This document shows positions 57,601 through 64,000 of a stretch of 64,000 bases of DNA, piece by piece. Under the pieces are notes generated by a model that searched no databases, was not told the origin of the DNA, and worked only from the letters and a program-made list of their open reading frames with translations. Origin of the DNA: Eledone cirrhosa (lineage: Eukaryota); the NCBI GenBank assembly GCA_964016885.1, contig OZ024744.1, positions 74,214,001-74,278,000 on the forward strand, in the 5' to 3' direction. The number at the start of each line of letters is the position of its first letter. The first letter of the stretch is position 1. The translations under genes and the position numbers were made by a program.

Positions 57601-60600
57601 ATCAACCATGCAAGAGTCTAGCTAGTTGAGATGGTATAGTTGCTAAACCATCACAATCACTACTCACATATCAACCATGCTAGAGTCTAGCTAGTTGAGA
57701 TGGTATAGCTGCTAAACCACCACTATCGCTATTCACAGTTCTACTATGCTAGAAACTAGGTAGTTGAGATGGTATAGCTGCTAAACCATCACAATCACCT
57801 TTCACATATCAACCATGCTAGAGTCTAGCTAGTTGAGAGGATATAGCTGCTAAACCATCACAATCACCATTCACATATCAATCATGCTAGAGTCTAGCTA
57901 GTTGAGATGATATAGCTGCTAAAGCATCACAATCACCATTCACATATCAACGATGCTAGAGTCTAGCTAGTTGAGATGGTATAGCTGCTAAACCATCACA
58001 ATCTCCATTCGCATATCAACCATGCTAGAGTCTAGGTAGTTGAGATGGTATAGCTGCTAAACCATCACAATCACATTTCACATATCAACCATGCTAGAGT
58101 CTAGCTAGTTGTGATGGTATAGCTGCTAAACCACCACAATCACCATTCATTTATCAACCATGGTAGAGTCTACCTTGTTGTGATGGTATATCTGCTAAAC
58201 CATCACAATCACTATTCACATATCAACCATGCTAGAGTCTAGCTACTTGAGATGGTATAGCTGGTAAACCACCACAATCACTGTTCACATATCAACCATG
58301 CTAGAGAGTAGGTAGTTGAGATGGTATAGCTGCTAAACCATCACAATCACTATTCACATATCAACCATGCTAGAGTCTAGATATTTGAGATGGTATAACT
58401 ACTAAACCATCACAATCACCATTAATATTTCAACCATGCAAGAGTATAGCTTATTCAGATGGTATAGCTGCTAAACCATCACGATCACTATTCATATATC
58501 ATCCATGCTAGAGTCTAGCTAGTTAAGATGGTATAGCTGCTAAACCATCACAATCACTATTCACATATTAACCATGCTAGAGTCTATCTAGTTGAGATGG
58601 TATAGCTACTAAACCATCACAATCACCATTCACATATCATCCATGCTAAAATCTAGTTAGTTGAGAATGTATGGCTGCTAAACCATCACAATCACTATTC
58701 ATATATCAACCATGCTAGATTGAAGCTAGTTGAGATGGTATAGGTGGTAAACTATCACAATCACCATTCACATATCAACGATGTCAGAGTCTCGCTAGTT
58801 GAGATGGTATAGCTACTAAACCATCACAATCACCATTCAAATATCAACAATACTGGAGTCTAGGTAGTTGAGATGGTATAGCTGATAAACCATCACATTC
58901 ACCATCCAAATATCAACCACGCTAGAGTCTAGCTAGTTGAGACGGTATAGCTGCTAAACCATCACAATCACTATACATATATCAACCATGCTAGAGTCTA
59001 GCCAGTTGAGAAGGTATAGCTGCCAAACCATCACAATCAATATTCACACATCAACCATTGTAGAGTCTAGCTAGCTGAGATGGATTTGCTGCTAAATCAT
59101 CACGATCACCATTCACGTATCAACCATGCTAGAGTCTAGCTAGTTGAGATGGTATATCTGCTAAACCATCACAATCATTATTCCCATATCAACCATGCTA
59201 GAGTCTAGCTTGTTGAGATGGTATAGCTGGTAAACCACCACAATCACTATTCACATATCAACCATGCTAGAGTCTAGCTAGTTGAGATGGTATAGCTGCT
59301 AAAACATCACAATGACTATTCATATGTCGACCATGCTAGAGTCTAGCTAGTTGAGATGGTATAGCTGCTAAACCATCACAATCACTATTCATATATCAAC
59401 CATGCTAGAGTCTATCTAGTTGAGATGGTATAGCTGCTAAAGCATCACAATCACCATTCACATAATAACCATGCTAGAGTCTAGATAGTTGAGATGGTAT
59501 ATCTGCTAAACCATCACAATCATCTTTCACATTTCAACCAGGCTAGAGTGTATCTAGTTGAGATGGTATAGCTACTAAACAATCACAATCACCATTCACG
59601 TATCAACCATGCTAAAGTCTAGTTAGTTGAGATGGTATAGGTGCTAAACCATCACCATCACCATTCACATTTCAACCAAGCTAGAGTCTAGCTATTTGAG
59701 ATGGTATAGCTGCTAAACCATCACAATCACCATTCACATATTAACCGTGCTAAAGTCTAGCTAGTTGAGATGGTATAGCTGCTAAACCATCACTATCACC
59801 ATTCACATATCAACCATGCTTGTGTCTACCTAGTTGAGATGGTATAGCTGCTAAACCATCACAATCACTATTCACATATCAACTATGCTCCAGTCTAGCA
59901 GATTGAGATGGTATATCTGCTAAACCAACACGATCACTACTCACATATCAACCATGCTAAAGTCTAGTTAGTTGAGATGTTATAGCTGCTAAACGATCAC
60001 AATCAACATTCACATATCAACCATGCTAGAGTCTAGATAGTTAAGATGGTATAACTGCTAAACCATCACAATCACTATTCACATATCAACCATGCTAGAG
60101 TCTAGCTAGTTCAGATGGTATAGCTGCTAAAGCATCACTTTCACCATTCACATATCAACCATGCTAGCGTCAGGCTAGAGTCTAGCTAGTTGAGATGGTA
60201 TAGCTGCTAAACCATCATAATCACTATTCCTATCTCAACCATGCTAGAGTCTAGCTAGTTGAGATGGTATAGCTGCTAAACCATCACAATCACTATTCAT
60301 ATATCAACCATGCTAGACTCTAGCTAGCTGAGATGGGTTTGCTGCTAAACCATCACAATCACCATTCACGTATCAACCATGCAAGAGTCTAGCTAGTTGA
60401 GATGTTATATCTGCTAAACCATCACAATCACTATTCACATATCAACCATGCTAGAGACTAGGTAGTTGAGATGGTATAGCTGCTAAACCATCACAATCAC
60501 CATTCATATATCAACGATGCTAGAGTCTATCTAGTTGAGATGGTATAGCTGCTAAACCATCACAATGACTATTCATATATCAACCATGCTAGAGTCTAGC

Positions 60601-61280
60601 TAGTTGAGATGGTATAACTGCTAAACCATCACAATCACTATTCACATAACAACCATGCTAGAGTCTATCTAATTGAGATGGTATAGCTGCTAAAGCATCA
60701 CAATCACCATTCACATAATAACCATGCTAGAGTCTAGCTAGTGGAGAAAGTATAGCTGCTAAAGCATCACAATCACCATTCACATATCAACCAAGCTAGA
60801 GTCTAGATATTTGAGATGGTATAGCTGCTAAACAATCACAATCACCATTCACATATCAACCATGCTAGAGTTTAGCTAGTTGAGATGGTATAGCTGCTAA
60901 ACCATCACAATCACAATACACATATCAACCATGCAAGAGTCTAGCTAGTTGAGATGGTATAGTTGCTAAACCATCACAATCACTACTCACATATCAACCA
61001 TGCTAGAGTCTAGCTAGTTGAGATGGTATAGCTGCTAAACCACCACTATCGCTATTCACAGTTCTACTATGCTAGAAACTAGGTAGTTGAGATGGTATAG
61101 CTGCTAAACCATCACAATCACCTTTCACATATCAACCATGCTAGAGTCTAGCTAGTTGAGAGGATATAGCTGCTAAACCATCACAATCACCATTCACATA
61201 TCAATCATGCTAGAGTCTAGCTAGTTGAGATGATATAGCTGCTAAAGCATCACAATCACCATTCACATATCAACGATGCT
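54603..61280. repeat. Tandem duplication of 48 divergent monomers (period 3323 bp)
   Basis: CAACGATG at 54625/57948/61271 and CTAGCGTCAGG at 56841/60164. 3323 = 48x69 + 11. A few point differences separate the copies (e.g. ACCCTCAC at 55221 versus ACCATCAC in copy 2). Confidence 0.93.
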
Positions 61281-64000
61281 ACAGTCTAGCTAGTTGAGAT
61301 GGTATAGTTGCTAAACCATCTCAATAACCATCCAAATATCAACCATGCTGAGTCAAGCTGTTTGAGATGGTATATGTGCTAAACCATCACAATCACCATT
61401 CACTTATTAACCATGCTAGAGTCTAGCTAGTGGAGAAGGTATAGCTGCTAAACCATCACAATCCCTATTCAGATATCAACCTTGCTAGAATGTAGCTAGT
61501 GGAGAAAGTATAGCTGCTGAAGCATCACAATCACCATTCACATATCAACCAAGCTAGAGTCTAGCAAGTTGAGATGGTATATCTGCTAAACCATCACAAT
61601 CACTATTCACATATAAACCATGCTGTGTCTAGCTGTTTCAGATGGTATAGCTGCTAAACCATCACAATCACTATTCACATTTCAACCATGTTAGAGTCTA
61701 GGTAGTTGAGATGGTATAGATGATAAACCATCACAATCACCATTCACATATCAAGCATGCTAGAGTCTAGCTAGTTGAGATGGTATAGCTGCTAAAGCAT
61801 CAAAATACTAATCACATATCAACCATGCTAGAGTCTAGCTGGTTGAGTTGGTATAGCTACTAAACCATCACAATCACCATTCACATATCAACCAAGCTAG
61901 AGTCTAGCTAGTTGAGATGGTATAGCTGCTAAACCATCACAATCTCTATTCGCATATCAACCATGCTAGAGTCTAGCTAGTTGAGATGGTATAGCTGATA
62001 AACCATCACAATCCTTATTCACATATCAACCTTGCAAGAGTCTAGCTAGTTGAGATGGTATAGCTGCTAAAGCATCACAATCACCATTCACATATCAACC
62101 ATGGTAGAGTCTAGCTAGTTGAGATGGTATAGCTGCTAAACCATCACAATCACCATTATCATATCAACGACGCTAGAGTCTAGCTAGTTGAGATGGTATA
62201 GCTGCTAAACCATCACAATCACCATACAAATATTAACCATGGCAGAGTCTAGCAAGTTGAGATGGTACAGCAGATAAACCATCACAATCACTATTCATAC
62301 ATCAACCATGCCCGAGTCTAGCTAGTTGAGATGGTATAGCTGCTAAACCATCGCAATGACCATTAACATATCAACCATGCTACAGTCTAGCTAGTTGAGA
62401 TGGTATAGCTGCTAAACCATCACAATCACCATTCACATATCAACCAAGCTAGAGTCTAGCTAGTTGAGATGTTATAGCAACTAAACCATCACAATCACTA
62501 TTCACATATCAACCATGATAGAGTCTAGCTAGTTGAGATGGTATAGCTGATAAACCATCACAATCCCTATTCACATATCAACCTTGCTAGAGTCTAGCTA
62601 GTTGATGTGGTATAGCTGCTAAAGAATCACAATCACCATTCACATATCAACCAATCTAGAGTCTAGCTAGTTGAGATGTTATAGCTGCTAAACCATCACA
62701 ATCACTATTCACATATCAACCATGCTAGAGTCTAACTAGTTGAGATGGTATAGCTGATGAACCAACACAATCACTATTCATTAATCAACCATGCTAGAGT
62801 CTAGGTAGTTGAGATGGTATAATTGCTAAACCATCTCAATCACCATCCAAATATCACCAAATGCTAGGGTCTAGCTAGTTGAGATGGTATAGCTGCTAAT
62901 CCAACACAATCAATATTCATATATCAATCATGCTAGAGTCTAGCTAGTACAGAAGGTATAGCTGCTAAAGCATCACAATCACCATTCACATATCAACCAT
63001 GCTGAGTCAAGCTGTTTGAGATGGTAAATGTGCTAAACCATCACAATCACCATTCACTTATTAACCATGCTAGAGTCTAGCTAGTGGAGAAGGTATAACT
63101 GCTAAACCATCTCAATCACCATTCACATATCAACCATGCAAGAGTCTTGCTAGTTGAGATGGTATAGCTGCTAAACCATCACAATCACCATTCACATATC
63201 AACCATGCTAGAGTCAGGCTAGTTGAGATGGGATAGCTGCTAAACCAACACAAGCACTATTCACATATCAACCATGCTAGAGACTAGCTAGTTGAGATGG
63301 TATAGCTACTAAACCATCACAATCACCATAAAAATATTAACCATGGTTGAGTCTAGCTAGTTGAGATGGTAAGCTGCTAAACCATCAGAATCACCATTCA
63401 CATATCAACCATGCTAGAGTCTAACTAGTTGATATGGTATAGCTGCTACACCATCACAATCACCATTCACATATCAACCATGCTGAGTCAAGCTGTTTGA
63501 GATGGTATAGGTTCTAAACCATCACAATCACCATTCACATAATAACCATGCTAGAGTTTAGCAAGTTGATATGGTATAGCAGATAAACCATCAAAATCAC
63601 TATTCATATATCAACCATGCCCGAGTCTAGCTAGTTGAGATGGTATAGCTGCTAAAGCATCACAATCACCATACACATATCACCCATGGTAGATTCTAGC
63701 AAGTTGAGATGGTATCGCTGCTAAAGCATCACAATCACCATTCATATATCAACCATGCTAGATTCTAGTTAGTGGAGATGGTATAGCTACTAAACCATCA
63801 CAATAACCATTCACATATCAACCATGCTAGAGTCTAACTAGAAGAGATGGTATAGCTGATGAACTATCACAATCACCATCCAAATATCAACCATGCTGAG
63901 TCAAGCTGTTTGAGATGGTATATGTGCTAAACCATCACAATCACCATTGACTTATTAACCATGCTAGAGTCTAGCTAGTGGAGAAGGTATAGCTGCTAAA
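61281..64000. repeat. More divergent monomers with several small indels; possible start of a 37-monomer repeat
   Basis: Variant GCTGAGTCAAGCTGTTTGAG at 61347, 63001, 63482, 63895. The contexts at 61347 and 63895 match over two monomers (offset 2548 = 37x69 - 5). Confidence 0.6.

Larger units (their letters stand above)
1..64000. repeat. Tandem satellite array, 69-bp monomer, about 927 copies, running off both window ends
   Basis: Monomer starts fall at 1, 70, 1381, 2761, 4141, 5521, 6901, 8281, 9661, 11041 and 12421, all equal to 1+69n. A perfect consensus copy lies at 35788-35856. No non-satellite sequence was seen anywhere. Confidence 0.99.

Noticed and set aside
1-64000. CRISPR array (palindromic repeat with a period of about 69 bp)
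   Set aside because: The intervening segment is as conserved as the palindromic part, so there are no unique spacers. No leader or cas genes are present.
1-64000. Giant repetitive protein-coding ORF (period divisible by 3)
   Set aside because: All six consensus frames contain stops in every monomer. The best frame has TAG and TGA. Frameshifting indels occur and common variants are non-synonymous. It would need reassignment of two stops, for which there is no support.
1-64000. tRNA, 5S rRNA or snRNA tandem gene array
   Set aside because: No cloverleaf, no T-loop or B-box GTTCRA motif in the consensus, no oligo-T terminators and no recognisable RNA-gene sequence.
1-64000. Assignment to a named satellite family, telomeric repeat, CENP-B box or centromere function
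   Set aside because: I do not recognise the monomer. There are no TTAGGG-type repeats or CENP-B box, and function cannot be inferred without a database search or ChIP data.
1-64000. Whole array as a synthetic or assembly artefact
   Set aside because: Hierarchical, position-structured variants and small differences between duplicated blocks indicate real evolution, although copy numbers of near-identical blocks could be misassembled.

Overview
The whole 64 kb window is one uninterrupted head-to-tail tandem array of a 69-bp satellite monomer, roughly 927 copies, all in the same orientation. The consensus is AACCATGCTAGAGTCTAGCTAGTTGAGATGGTATAGCTGCTAAACCATCACAATCACCATTCACATATC (about 41% GC, no CpG, three CTAG). 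I see no genes, RNA genes, transposon insertions or CRISPR spacers, and all six frames of the consensus contain stops. It looks like eukaryotic heterochromatic satellite DNA, but I cannot name the family or organism. The informative structure lies in the variants: (i) each monomer holds two overlapping imperfect palindromes; (ii) a fold-back event bounded by those palindromes created a 34-bp-arm inverted repeat, now present three times; (iii) there are nested higher-order repeats and block duplications (4-mer, 27-mer, 30-mer, 48-mer, 89-mer, 92-94-mer) arranged in domains; (iv) there is an apparent long-range conversion tract; (v) one minus-strand frame reads as a 23-residue LRR-like pattern broken by two stops, which is speculative. 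All counts and spacings were read by eye, and block boundaries are approximate to about one monomer. I found no evidence for a new gene-encoded system.
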